From the NCBI GenBank assembly GCA_963726455.1, contig CAVSCK010000004.1:1312001-1376000 (forward strand): a stretch of 64,000 nt of DNA, in the 5' to 3' direction. The stretch is from an uncultured bacterium (lineage in GTDB: Bacteria > Zixibacteria > MSB-5A5 > CAIYYT01). This document shows positions 49,444 to 60,000 of the stretch, piece by piece (the first letter of the stretch is position 1; every line of letters begins with the position of its first letter). Below the pieces are notes generated by a model that made no database searches, was not told the DNA's origin, and saw only the letters and a list, made by a program, of their open reading frames with translations. The translations under genes and the position numbers were made by a program.

Positions 49444-50409
49444 CTACTTGTAAAGATTCGGAATCTCAGGCAGGCGATTCTCCGGGACGAAGAGATAATT
49501 CGAATTCTTCAGAGTTGGGTCGGCAATGATATGATCTTTGGGGATCAGGCCGTGATCGGTGATCCAGAAGTATTTGTAGCCGAGAGGATCCAGAAGTTGA
49601 TGCAGCCGGGCTGAATTGGCCTCGGGGTTCACCTCGCATATGATCAAAGGCGTGCTTGACTTGATGGTGTTTATCCCCCCTGCGAAGACCAAATGCTCAG
49701 TTGATTCCGTGTCGGCTTTGATCAGGTCAATCTTCCCCAGCGAATGCTCAGCTGCAAAGGTGTCGAGCGTGATGCAAGTTACAGTTATGGTATCGCAATT
49801 GTCGCGGAATTGCGGCGCGAGCGACGAGGTCAGGGGGAACGTCTGGAAATCTCTGGGAATATACATCGGCATTTCGCCGTTAACATCAGTGACGGCCAGG
49901 TTATATGTGCGCAGTCGCCGAGAATCATTGCGCTCGGCATTGCGTCTGAGGCAATTGTAGATCGACGGAACCGGCTCGAATGCGTAGACGTCCGCATCGG
50001 GGTTGCTTGCCATTGCCGTCAGCGCAAAGACCCCGGAGTTGGCGCCGATATCCAAAACGATTCGGGAACGCTGCGCCAGCTTGCAGAAAAGGGAAAGCGT
50101 CTCGGATTCGTATCTGTCAAGACCAAGCCAGTAGACTGCCGAGGCGATGCGATCATCTCCGTCGTTGACCATGACAAAATGACCAGCGGCGCGCGTGCGG
50201 ATGTCAATCGCTCCCACGATCGGGATCCGCGCGACGTTTGCATCCGAAAGAATTGTTCTAAGCGGCTGCTTAAGCAGGCGGATGATTCGGTTGACAGGTA
50301 GAAGGCAGACCAACCACTTGAGCAGACGCTTGATTCGATACTTGGGCAGTATCCTACCCCTCCCACTTCGGCAACAGGCATCGCACGTCATGATTATGGC
50401 GGAAGCCAA
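49444..50409 (-). CDS. FkbM-family methyltransferase (true start probably downstream of 50354)
   Basis: LDIGANSG, VYAFEPVP, ITLDTF, IDLIKADTESTE. Confidence 0.88.
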   Translation of the reverse strand: MASAIIMTCDACCRSGRGRILPKYRIKRLLKWLVCLLPVNRIIRLLKQPLRTILSDANVARIPIVGAIDIRTRAAGHFVMVNDGDDRIASAVYWLGLDRYESETLSLFCKLAQRSRIVLDIGANSGVFALTAMASNPDADVYAFEPVPSIYNCLRRNAERNDSRRLRTYNLAVTDVNGEMPMYIPRDFQTFPLTSSLAPQFRDNCDTITVTCITLDTFAAEHSLGKIDLIKADTESTEHLVFAGGINTIKSSTPLIICEVNPEANSARLHQLLDPLGYKYFWITDHGLIPKDHIIADPTLKNSNYLFVPENRLPEIPNLYK

Positions 50410-51556
50410 GGTAATAGTCCGCCTGCATCAACTTGTGAATCTCGCGGGTACCCTCGTAAATCGCGGCGCCTTTGGAGTTGCGGAAAAAGCGTTCGACTGG
50501 ATACTCGTCCGAGAAGCCGTAGGCGCCATGAATCTGCACGGCATTGTAGGCGGCTTTCTCCGCCTGATCGGTGCAGAACCATTTCGCGAGGGAAGTTTCA
50601 CGGGTAGAACGCAGCCCTTTGTTCTTGAGCCACCCGGCTTTCATCCAGAGCAGGCGTCCGGCGTCGTATCCGTAAATCATCTCGGCGAACATCTCTTTGA
50701 CCAATTGGTGATGGTCGATTGTCTGTGTGAAGGTCTTGCGGGTCGAAGAGTATTCCTTACTGGCATCCAAACAGGCACGGATCAGGCCGGTCGATCCGGC
50801 GGCGACGGTGTAGCGCCCGCCGTCGAGGCAGGACATCGCAATCTTGAATCCCTCTCCTTCCATTCCCAGCAGGTTCGCCTTCGGGACTTCAACATCCTGC
50901 ATGGCAACCCAACCGGTCACACCCGCGCGCACACCGAGTTTGCCAGGGATCGAGCCGGTCGTGACGCCGGGAAATTTGCGCTCGACAATAAACGCTGACA
51001 GTCCGGTGTGGTCGCGCTTCTTCTGTTTGTCGGTGTCGGACCACGCGAAGATCAGGAAGTTGTCGGCAACATCGGAAAGCGAAATCCACATTTTTTCGCC
51101 ATTGAGAATGTATTTGTCGCCGGTCTTCTTGGCGGTCGTGAGAATGCCGACGGCATCTGAACCGGCAGCGGGTTCGGTCAGGCCAAAGGTTGCTATCTGC
51201 TCGCCCTTGGCCTGCGGCACCAGATATTTCTGTTTCTGCTCCTCGGTGCCCCAGGTGTAGATCGCCAGCGAGTTCAATCCGATATGCACCGAGAACGCGA
51301 CTCGCGCCGAGGTGTCGACGTATTCCATTTCCTCGCAGACTAATCCGAGGGCAATATAGTCCAAGCCCATGCCGCCGTATTTTTCCGGAATGCAGATTCC
51401 GAGCAGGTCGGCTTCTTTGAGACGTTTGATAAACTCCGGATCGTATTTCTGGTGCCGATCCAATTCGGCGATCTCCGGCTTGAGGTATTTTTGCGCAACG
51501 TCGCGCGCCAGTTCGGCCGCGGTTTTATGGTCATCAGTCAATTCGAAATCGATCAT
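50354..51556 (-). CDS. Acyl-CoA dehydrogenase
   Basis: FGLTEPAAGSD, LNGEKMWIS, QIHGAYG, IYEGTREI. Confidence 0.95.
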   Translation of the reverse strand: MIDFELTDDHKTAAELARDVAQKYLKPEIAELDRHQKYDPEFIKRLKEADLLGICIPEKYGGMGLDYIALGLVCEEMEYVDTSARVAFSVHIGLNSLAIYTWGTEEQKQKYLVPQAKGEQIATFGLTEPAAGSDAVGILTTAKKTGDKYILNGEKMWISLSDVADNFLIFAWSDTDKQKKRDHTGLSAFIVERKFPGVTTGSIPGKLGVRAGVTGWVAMQDVEVPKANLLGMEGEGFKIAMSCLDGGRYTVAAGSTGLIRACLDASKEYSSTRKTFTQTIDHHQLVKEMFAEMIYGYDAGRLLWMKAGWLKNKGLRSTRETSLAKWFCTDQAEKAAYNAVQIHGAYGFSDEYPVERFFRNSKGAAIYEGTREIHKLMQADYYLGFRHNHDVRCLLPKWEG

Positions 51557-51659
51557 TTCTTACTCCCTCATCTTTTGCTCTTAAGGGCATACGGCATCAA
51601 GAACTGCAAGCAATAAAAGCCGCACAAAGCCCGGGCGCAATGACAGAGATACGGAAGAC

Positions 51660-52760
51660 GTGCTTTTGCGGGACAAGCAATTACGGCTTGCCAAAAGGCG
51701 GCCTGCGAGCGATAATTCGGTCGTGATTCGTGGGATCGCCACCGCCGCAGTCTGTTTTCTGATATTCACTGCAAAGATTATCGCTCTCCAGCTTGATTCC
51801 GGCTATGTCGCTACCGTGCGGGAAGGAATCAACTTGACTCTGAATGAGCGATTTGACGAAGCCAAGAAACTGTACCAGGGCTTGATCGTGCGGGACACGA
51901 CGGATTGTGCCGCTTATCTGTTTCTGGCCGGCGCCTGGCATGCCGAGATGTTCGACCGCGAGGACTATAGTAATCAACCGCAGTTCGATAGTTTGATTGA
52001 AAAGGCAATAAGTCTGGCTGACCGAGCGATAAAGGAGAATCGCAATCCTGCGTGGGCACATCTGGCCAAAGGGAATGCGTACGCCTACATCGCGACACTG
52101 GAGACCAGAACCGGGTCATGGTGGGGAGCACTGCGCAAGGGGCTGGCGGCCAAAGGCGAATATCTCGAAGTGCTGAAGCTTGAGCCGCGCCTGTATGACA
52201 CGTATCTCGGACTCGGAAGTTATCATTACTGGAAATCAGCCAAGACGGAATTTATCAACTGGATACCGCTGGTTCCTGATCGTCGGGATGAAGGTATCGC
52301 GGAATTGCAGATCGCCGTCGACTCGTCGCTATTCTGCAACGATGTGGCCGCCAACTCGCTGGTATGGATCTATCTTCACAGCGGCCGCGCGGGCAAGGCG
52401 TATGATATCGCCGCCGGACTGCACAGCAAATTTCCGGACAGTCGCCTGTTCACCTGGGGGATGGCGTTCTCCAGCTATTATTGCGGCCAACTGGCGGAGT
52501 CGGCGGACTATTTCGGCAAGATTCTGGAGATGATCGAAAACCAGCCGGGGCAAAACAATTTCAATACCGTCGAATGCCGGTATCATCGCGCGGAAATATT
52601 TCACTCACTGCACCAGAATGATCGGGCTTTAGAGGAACTGCGAATTCTCCTGGGTTATCCTCTCAGCGACGATGTCAAGGATCGGCAGAAACACACTCTC
52701 CAAAGGGCGCGGGAATCTATTGGAGCAGTTGCAGGCCAAGTAACTGCGTTGCCTGCCTAG
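51660..52760 (+). CDS. Exported TPR-like helical protein (start uncertain)
   Basis: Signal-like hydrophobic segment; TPR-like units such as YDTYLGLGSYHY. Confidence 0.7.
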   Translation: MLLRDKQLRLAKRRPASDNSVVIRGIATAAVCFLIFTAKIIALQLDSGYVATVREGINLTLNERFDEAKKLYQGLIVRDTTDCAAYLFLAGAWHAEMFDREDYSNQPQFDSLIEKAISLADRAIKENRNPAWAHLAKGNAYAYIATLETRTGSWWGALRKGLAAKGEYLEVLKLEPRLYDTYLGLGSYHYWKSAKTEFINWIPLVPDRRDEGIAELQIAVDSSLFCNDVAANSLVWIYLHSGRAGKAYDIAAGLHSKFPDSRLFTWGMAFSSYYCGQLAESADYFGKILEMIENQPGQNNFNTVECRYHRAEIFHSLHQNDRALEELRILLGYPLSDDVKDRQKHTLQRARESIGAVAGQVTALPA

Positions 52761-53467
52761 GTACTGCGATTTCGCAAGACGGCGAACTTCTCCATAGCCG
52801 CCGAGGCGATCAAGCTGGTAGCCAAGTCAATTGAAATCGTCTGATGATTGATCACCAGGTCGTAGTAGATCGGGTCGTCGATCGACTTGCCGAAAGTCTC
52901 CTTAATAAAGTGGCTGCGTTCGTGGTCTGTCAGATCGACTTGTTCGGTCGCCTGTTTCTCGGTCAGGTTCTCATACTGCATCAGGTTTTGTATGCGAATG
53001 TCGCGCGGGGCGATCACGCGGATATGAAATCCGAGTTCATGCCCGACGATGAAATTCGCGCCTCTGCCGACCACAACCACTCCGCCCAGCCGCGAAACCG
53101 TGTAGATGATTGCCAGCAGATGTTTCATGTAGTCCGTGTGGTCCAGATACTTGCCGCGCAGCATCCCCTCGAACCACATTTCCATTTGCGAGTGCGAATG
53201 TTCATCAAGTGATTCGATGATGCGGCGCTTGTAGCCGGTCGATTCCACCATGCGGTCGATGATGTCGCGGTCCAACAGGGTGTAATTGAATTTCTCCGCC
53301 AGTTTTCTGGCAATGACGGTTCCACTGCTGCCACGCTGCCGTGAGATGGTTATCACGGGCTGGTGCGTTTCCTGCAGGGCTTTGCCGGTCACTTCCGCCG
53401 CACGAATCGATTTTTCGAGTTCCCAACGGCGCAACTGTCGGTCAATAATAGCTTCTATCGAGGTCAT
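52757..53467 (-). CDS. Cytidylate kinase-like family protein
   Basis: VITISRQRGSSG, VVVGRGANF, YDLVIN; start at the ATG 53467 after a purine-rich RBS. Confidence 0.85.
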   Translation of the reverse strand: MTSIEAIIDRQLRRWELEKSIRAAEVTGKALQETHQPVITISRQRGSSGTVIARKLAEKFNYTLLDRDIIDRMVESTGYKRRIIESLDEHSHSQMEMWFEGMLRGKYLDHTDYMKHLLAIIYTVSRLGGVVVVGRGANFIVGHELGFHIRVIAPRDIRIQNLMQYENLTEKQATEQVDLTDHERSHFIKETFGKSIDDPIYYDLVINHQTISIDLATSLIASAAMEKFAVLRNRST

Positions 53468-53723
53468 ATATTTCCCCTTCTCTTGATTCGCCCAGTAAAT
53501 ATACGTCCAGCAAGAGCAAGCGACAAAGACAAAGTACAATATCCGCACGGTTCTGCCATTTCTTTGACGAGCAAAGTCGGGCTGCATCGGAAATCAGGCG
53601 CCAGCAACAGTCCGGATAGCCCAGAATTGCAACTTCATCGAGTGGTTTTCGTTAGTTCCTATTGACAGACGCTGATTCTTGATTAACTTAGAAGTTACAT
53701 CTACTTTCCTAAAGGAACAATCT

Positions 53724-55979
53724 ATGACAGACTGCAAATGCTTGAAAAGCTATCCTTGCGTCATTCTGCTAATACTGTTTCTGATGGCCGCCACAGCGCC
53801 GGCCCAGCAGAATGCGAATTCCGCCAAATGGACTGAAGGAGCCAACGTCAAGATCAACCATGATGCCAGCATCGGGCTTCAAAACGAGGCAGCTTGCGCG
53901 ATTCTGCCATCCAATCCGGACAATGCGGTGGCCATCTGGCGCGACTTCCGGTTGGGATTCCGTCGTATCGGTGTCGGAACCACTGCCGATGCAGGAAGCA
54001 ACTGGTCGGATTCTCTTCTCGTGGGCACGACGAGCTATCCGCGCGCATCCGACCCGGTAATGAGCTACACCGCCGATGGTGATATACTGGCGTGTGTGCT
54101 CTCATTGTCGCCGGATGAATCCATCAGCGCAATTCATGTGTATCGATCCACCAACGCCGGCGCCAGTTGGTCAGCGCCGCTCGCGGCAGTAGATGATGGA
54201 GGCGCGTCAGGATTCGAAGACAAACAGTGGATCAATGTCGACCGAACTAACAGCCCGTTTCGGAATCGGGTGTATATCCCGTGGACACGGTTTGGCGCCA
54301 ATACCAACATCATGCTGGTCTATAATGAGTCGCCGAGCCAATACTCGCAGCCGGTTCAGGTATCGGATTTTCCGAGCGTGCAGTGGCCGAGTGTTGCGAT
54401 TGGCCCGGATGGCACAGTGTACGTCGCGTGGATTTCGTTTTATTTCGGACGAATCATGATCGACCGCTCCTATGACGGCGGATCGAGCTTTAACATTGAC
54501 GGAACGGTGACGTCGATCGGCCTCACGAACAATGTAATTAACGGCGGCATCCTGGTGTTTGCCTACCCCGCAATGGATATTGATATCAGCGGCGGAGTGT
54601 ATAGCGGCAACGTCTACATCGCCTACAGCGACTATGCAGCCGATGGTGATCTAGACCTGTTCGTCCGCCGGTCGACCGATCAGGGATTCACCTGGTCAAG
54701 CCCGGTACGTATCAATGACGATCCCATAGGAAACCATGTCGATCAGTTCCACCCCTGGATTACTGTGGACGAGGACGGCATCCTGACCGCGACCTGGCTT
54801 GACCGCCGCCTGGATCCCAACAACTACAATTGGGATACCTACATGGCGCATTCCTTTGATGGCGGGCAGACCTGGACGGCCAATCGCCGTATCTCCGAGG
54901 TGTCGTCATCGCCGTCGTACGCTGCCAAGCAGACGCTTGACGTGCAATATGCGGCGCTGAACCTGCCGGGCAAGCCGGCCGGTGAACCATACAATGCTGC
55001 CCGCAGCCCGATGGCGGGATTGATCGGCGAGTATTTGGCACTGTCCACGCGTTCAGGAATGGCTCAAGTCATTTGGCCTGACACCAGAAACGGTAATCAA
55101 GATGTCTACAGTGCGCGCGTCACTATTGGATTTTCCGCGCCGCCACTCTATTTGCCGGCGAAGGATGCGATCACGAATAATAATCAGCCGACCTTCCACT
55201 GGGGAAACTCCGGAGCGAGTCCGGCGCAGATCGCACAATTTCCCAACACCAAAGTACAGCCGCTACATTACGTGTTGCAGGTTGATGATGACTCATTGTT
55301 TGGATCGATCGATTTTGCCCAATCGGGGATTGCCACGACGAGCCATCAGTTTGCAGGGGTAATACCTGACGGCCTCTGGTTCTGGCGTGTGTATGCCGTG
55401 AATGATTCGGGAAGAACGACGGGATTCTCGGAGCCGGGCCGCAGACTTACGATCGACACGCAGGCGCCGGCACTGCCCACTATTCTCAAGCCGGAACCAG
55501 ATTCGCTGGTTGACTATCAAACTCAGGTCTACCAATGGACAGCCGTCTTAAAGCTATTGCCGGCAACGCCCGTGAAGTATCAGATCCAGATCTCGCAGGA
55601 TTCGACATTCGTCACGGCGCCGATTTCGGTCGCGAATCTTTCCACAACAACATACACCAACTCGGTAGCTTTGCTGCCGGATGCTACCTATTATTGTCGC
55701 GTTTCAGCCACGGATGCTGCGACAAACACCAGTGGCTTCACAGCTCCGCGCCGGTTTCATACCAGAGCGTCATATGTTTGCGGCGACGCCGATCACAGTG
55801 GCGCTGTCGATATATCTGATGCCGTGTACCTGATCGCCTACATTTTCTCCGGTGGAGCCGCGCCGAATCCATTGGCGGCCGGGGACCCTGATTGCAGTGG
55901 TTCGGTAGATATTTCGGACGTGGTTTTCCTGATCGCGTACATATTTTCCGGGGGCCCGGCGCCTTGCAGCGCGTGCTGA
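53724..55979 (+). CDS. Secreted BNR/Asp-box (sialidase-like propeller) protein with two FN3-like domains and a C-terminal dockerin-like module
   Basis: Signal peptide; STNAGASWS, SYDGGSSF, STDQGFTWS, SFDGGQTWT; duplicated GDADHSGAVDISDAVYLIAYIF / GDPDCSGSVDISDVVFLIAYIF at 55779-55976. Confidence 0.85.
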   Translation: MTDCKCLKSYPCVILLILFLMAATAPAQQNANSAKWTEGANVKINHDASIGLQNEAACAILPSNPDNAVAIWRDFRLGFRRIGVGTTADAGSNWSDSLLVGTTSYPRASDPVMSYTADGDILACVLSLSPDESISAIHVYRSTNAGASWSAPLAAVDDGGASGFEDKQWINVDRTNSPFRNRVYIPWTRFGANTNIMLVYNESPSQYSQPVQVSDFPSVQWPSVAIGPDGTVYVAWISFYFGRIMIDRSYDGGSSFNIDGTVTSIGLTNNVINGGILVFAYPAMDIDISGGVYSGNVYIAYSDYAADGDLDLFVRRSTDQGFTWSSPVRINDDPIGNHVDQFHPWITVDEDGILTATWLDRRLDPNNYNWDTYMAHSFDGGQTWTANRRISEVSSSPSYAAKQTLDVQYAALNLPGKPAGEPYNAARSPMAGLIGEYLALSTRSGMAQVIWPDTRNGNQDVYSARVTIGFSAPPLYLPAKDAITNNNQPTFHWGNSGASPAQIAQFPNTKVQPLHYVLQVDDDSLFGSIDFAQSGIATTSHQFAGVIPDGLWFWRVYAVNDSGRTTGFSEPGRRLTIDTQAPALPTILKPEPDSLVDYQTQVYQWTAVLKLLPATPVKYQIQISQDSTFVTAPISVANLSTTTYTNSVALLPDATYYCRVSATDAATNTSGFTAPRRFHTRASYVCGDADHSGAVDISDAVYLIAYIFSGGAAPNPLAAGDPDCSGSVDISDVVFLIAYIFSGGPAPCSAC

Positions 55980-56018
55980 TTTACTAGCGGATTAGCCGGA
56001 CCGGAAAATGATTGATTT

Positions 56019-56055
56019 GAGGGCCAAGTCTTAACGGCTTGGCCCTCTTCTTCTT
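56019..56055. terminator. Hairpin terminator between convergent genes
   Basis: gagggccaag-tcttaacgg-cttggccctc followed by ttcttctt. Confidence 0.7.
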
Positions 56056-56060
56056 GGTAG

Positions 56061-56381
56061 TCAGCTAATTTCGACGAAAAGGCTCTCATCTTCGATGATG
56101 ACCGGATAGGTTTTCAGACTTGCCCACGACTCAGTCAGACAGGTTCCGGTCGGAATGTCATACTGCCAACCATGTGCGGGACATGTAATTGTGGTTCCTG
56201 AAATCGTGCCGTGGGCGATCGACGCCTTCATGTGCTTGCAGTCCGCCTCCAGACCGTAAAACGTGCCGGCGATATGGAAGACAGCGACTCGGCGAGCCAG
56301 AACCTTGATGGTCCTGGATTCACCCTCGGCAAGCTCCCGGACTGTGCAGACTCGAACCTTCACTCTCCCAATATAGGTCAT
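56061..56381 (-). CDS. Small Rieske [2Fe-2S] ferredoxin
   Basis: CKH and CPAHGWQYD motifs. Confidence 0.9.
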   Translation of the reverse strand: MTYIGRVKVRVCTVRELAEGESRTIKVLARRVAVFHIAGTFYGLEADCKHMKASIAHGTISGTTITCPAHGWQYDIPTGTCLTESWASLKTYPVIIEDESLFVEIS

Positions 56382-56632
56382 GTTGGCACTCAGTTCCATG
56401 AGTTTGCGGGGACAGTTCCGAACAATGCCGTGCTAGAATGGGTAATTTCGACTCCAGAGGCATTGAATCTCGGCGGTCGAAGTGGTCTGTCAATGCCAGT
56501 GTTTCCGGCCGGATTTCTGACTCCGGAGCTTATATACCCGAATGTGGGAAACGTCCGATAGGATGCCAACGTATCCTGATGAAAAACAAGAGATTAAATG
56601 CTCACAAATACTGCGGATTTGACAAAAAACGC

Positions 56633-56661
56633 TTGACAAATAGCCCCCATTAATTCATATT
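56633..56661 (+). promoter_or_regulatory. sigma70-type promoter of the giant protein gene
   Basis: TTGACA-N17-CATATT; a second TTGACA at 56619. Confidence 0.55.
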
Positions 56662-57070
56662 AGGATAAATTTGCACCGGTACTTCTAAAGTACTTCATAA
56701 ACGAAATTAGTTATAGGAATTTGCGGTGATGGGCTGGGTGGTCTTCAGAGAGTATTGTATCGATGAAGTTGACGGGATTGACGCGAAAGTCAGAGACTAA
56801 AAGGCGGAGCGAACTTTCCGAATTGTGATGTCGCTCGTCTCCGGGTTTCCCTGTTCCGTCCGGTGAAGTAACTGATTGTAGTCTAAACAGAGTGGAGAGT
56901 CAAGCGGCACAAACGTTATCGTGTACTCAAATCTGTCGCGGTTAGCAGCCGCACAAGTGGGGTCTTAACGCTCAGGGAGAAGTGTACCCTGGGGATATTA
57001 TTTGGAGCACTATTTTTCGTGAATCAAGAATACAACATCCTCTCAGAACCTTTGGGACATTGGAGTCATT

Positions 57071-60000
57071 ATGAGCAGGTCTTGGCTTAGACTAACACTC
57101 CTCTTCGTTGTCAGTCTAACTGGAGTTCTACTTACCTCTTCAGCGTACGCAGCCAGCGTTGCCACCGACACGACAGATTACGCGCCCGGTGACACCGTTT
57201 TCGTTAGTGGCAGCGGTTTCGGACCGAACGAGACAGTTCGCGTTCAGATAAGTCATGTTGATACGACCGTAGTCGGCCTGGGACATGACCCGTGGAATGT
57301 CACCACCGACGCCGCCGGTGCATTCGCTACGAAGTGGTATGTGGATTACGATGACAACGTCGACGCGTTGCTGCTGGTCAAAGCCGATGGACTGACGTCG
57401 CTGCTGCATGCCGATACGCTCATTGTCGACTGCAATGTAGACCTGCGGCTACTGAATTGGCATGAGCATGATTCAATTTGTCCGGGTGGAACTAAGCAAA
57501 TTGTGGCGAATCTGCGGCAGGACTGCGGCTCCAAGTCCTACGCCCCGCTGGCCGGAAGAAAGCTCATATTCTTCGTAAATCCGGGCAACTGTGGCGTCAA
57601 CCAAGGGCAAAACGGTGACACGGTTATTACCGACGCCAACGGCAATGCATATTACACGATGACGGCGCCAAATACTCCGGGAGTGGCGTCGGTTCGTGTC
57701 AAATTCCTGGGCGAACCCAAGCCGAGTCCCTGCCCCTATCCGGGCAACAGCCCTTGTTTTCCAAATGACCCAAACTCGAATAAGAGATGTACCCAGCTTT
57801 CCGCGGTAAATACCTGCAACACCATAACCGTGGGAACGAGCGGCCATGCTCCGGTTGCCAATGCGGGCAGAGATACGACTGTCTTCCAATGTGCGGTGGC
57901 GCCGATCAGCATAGCGGCTAGTTGCTCTGACGTGGACGGCAACCTTGCGAGTTGTCAGTTGATCAGCGGTCCGGGAAGTTATAACGGCTCTGCAATCGTG
58001 TTCACTCCCAGCGGCGCCGGCACCTTCACGTTCATACTTAAGGCAACTGACGGCTGTGGAATGACGGATTATGATACGTCTGTTGCGACGGTCACTCTGA
58101 ATAGAGCCCCGGTTGCGAATGCGGGCAGAGACACTACTTTGGCACAGTGCACTCCGGCGGTGATTAGTATTGCGGCGAATTGCTCTGATCCTGACGGCAA
58201 CCTGTCGACCTGCCAGTTGACCAGCGGACTTGGGACGTATAATGGTACCGCGATTGTGTTCACGCCGACGGGTTCGGGTACATACACGTTCATATTGAAA
58301 GCGACCGATGCCTGCGGCGCGATAGACTATGACACCTCGGTTGCTCACGTGACTTTGAACCAAGCACCAGTTGCCAATGCCGGACGTGATACGACACTAT
58401 CACAATGCACACCGGCTGCAATTAGTATTGCGGCGAACTGTTCCGATCCTGACGGCAATTTGTCGACCTGCCAGTTGTTCAGTGGACCGGGAACCTACAA
58501 CGGTTCTGCTATCGTATTCACGCCGACGGGAAGTGGAACTTACACTTTCATCCTGAAAGCTACCGATGCTTGCGGCGCGACTGACTATGATACTTCTGTA
58601 GCTCATGTGACGCTCAATCAGGCGCCAGTTGCCAATGCCGGCAGAGATACGACGCTGTCACAGTGCACACCTGCTGCAATCAGTATTGCCGCGAACTGCT
58701 CTGATCCTGACGGCAACCTGTCGACCTGCCAGTTGACCAGCGGACTTGGGACATATAATGGTACTGCAATCGTGTTCACGCCGACGGGAAGTGGTACTTA
58801 CACTTTCATCTTGAAGGCCACTGATGCGTGCGGTGCGACAGATTATGACACCTCGGTTGCTTACGTAACTCTGAATCAAGCGCCGGTTGCCAATGCGGGT
58901 AGAGACACGACACTGTCACAATGCACACCTGCTGCAATTAGTATCGCCGCGAACTGTTCTGATCCTGACGGCAACTTGTCGACCTGCCAGTTGAGCAGTG
59001 GACTCGGATCATACAATGGTACAGCGATAGTGTTCACACCGACTGGTTCGGGCACATACACATTCATCCTGAAAGCTACTGATGCCTGCGGCGCGATTGA
59101 CTATGATACTTCAGTTGCTAATGTGACTTTGAATCAGGCACCTGTCGCGAATGCCGGCAGAGACACGACATTATCTCAATGCACACCGGCTGCAATTAGC
59201 ATTGCCGCGAACTGCTCAGATCCTGATGGCAACCTGTCGACCTGCCAGTTGACCAGCGGACTTGGAACTTACAATGGTACAGCGATAGTGTTCACACCGA
59301 GTGGCTCGGGTACGTACACGTTCATATTGAAAGCTACGGATGCCTGTGGCGCGACGGATTATGACACCTCGGTCGCTTATGTGACTTTGAATCAAGCACC
59401 GGTTGCCAATGCGGGACGCGATACGACACTGGCCCAGTGCACACCGGCGGCGATCAGTATAGCCGCGAACTGCTCTGATCCTGATGGCAACCTGTCGACC
59501 TGCCAGTTGACCAGCGGACTCGGATCATACAATGGTTCAGCGATTGTGTTCACGCCGACTGGAAGTGGCACCTACACGTTTATTCTCAAAGCCACCGATG
59601 CTTGCGGTGCGACAGACTATGATACCTCGGTTGCTTACGTAACTCTGAATCAAGCGCCAGTTGCCAATGCGGGTAGAGACACGACGCTGTCACAGTGCAC
59701 ACCTGCTGCAATTAGTATTGCCGCGAACTGCTCTGATCCTGATGGCAACCTGTCCACCTGCCAGTTGACCAGCGGACTTGGAACTTACAATGGTACTGCA
59801 ATCGTGTTCACGCCGACGGGAAGTGGTACTTACACTTTCATCTTGAAGGCCACTGATGCGTGCGGTGCGACAGATTATGACACCTCGGTTGCTTACGTGA
59901 CTCTGAATCAGGCACCGGTTGCCAATGCGGGCAGAGACACGACACTGTCTCAGTGCACACCGGCTGCAATTAGTATCGCCGCAAGCTGCTCTGATCCGGA

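Noticed and set aside
50300-50409. Non-canonical start or fusion for the FkbM gene
   Set aside because: The ORF-track start lies inside the acyl-CoA dehydrogenase gene; downstream TTG/CTG candidates exist and cannot be resolved from sequence.
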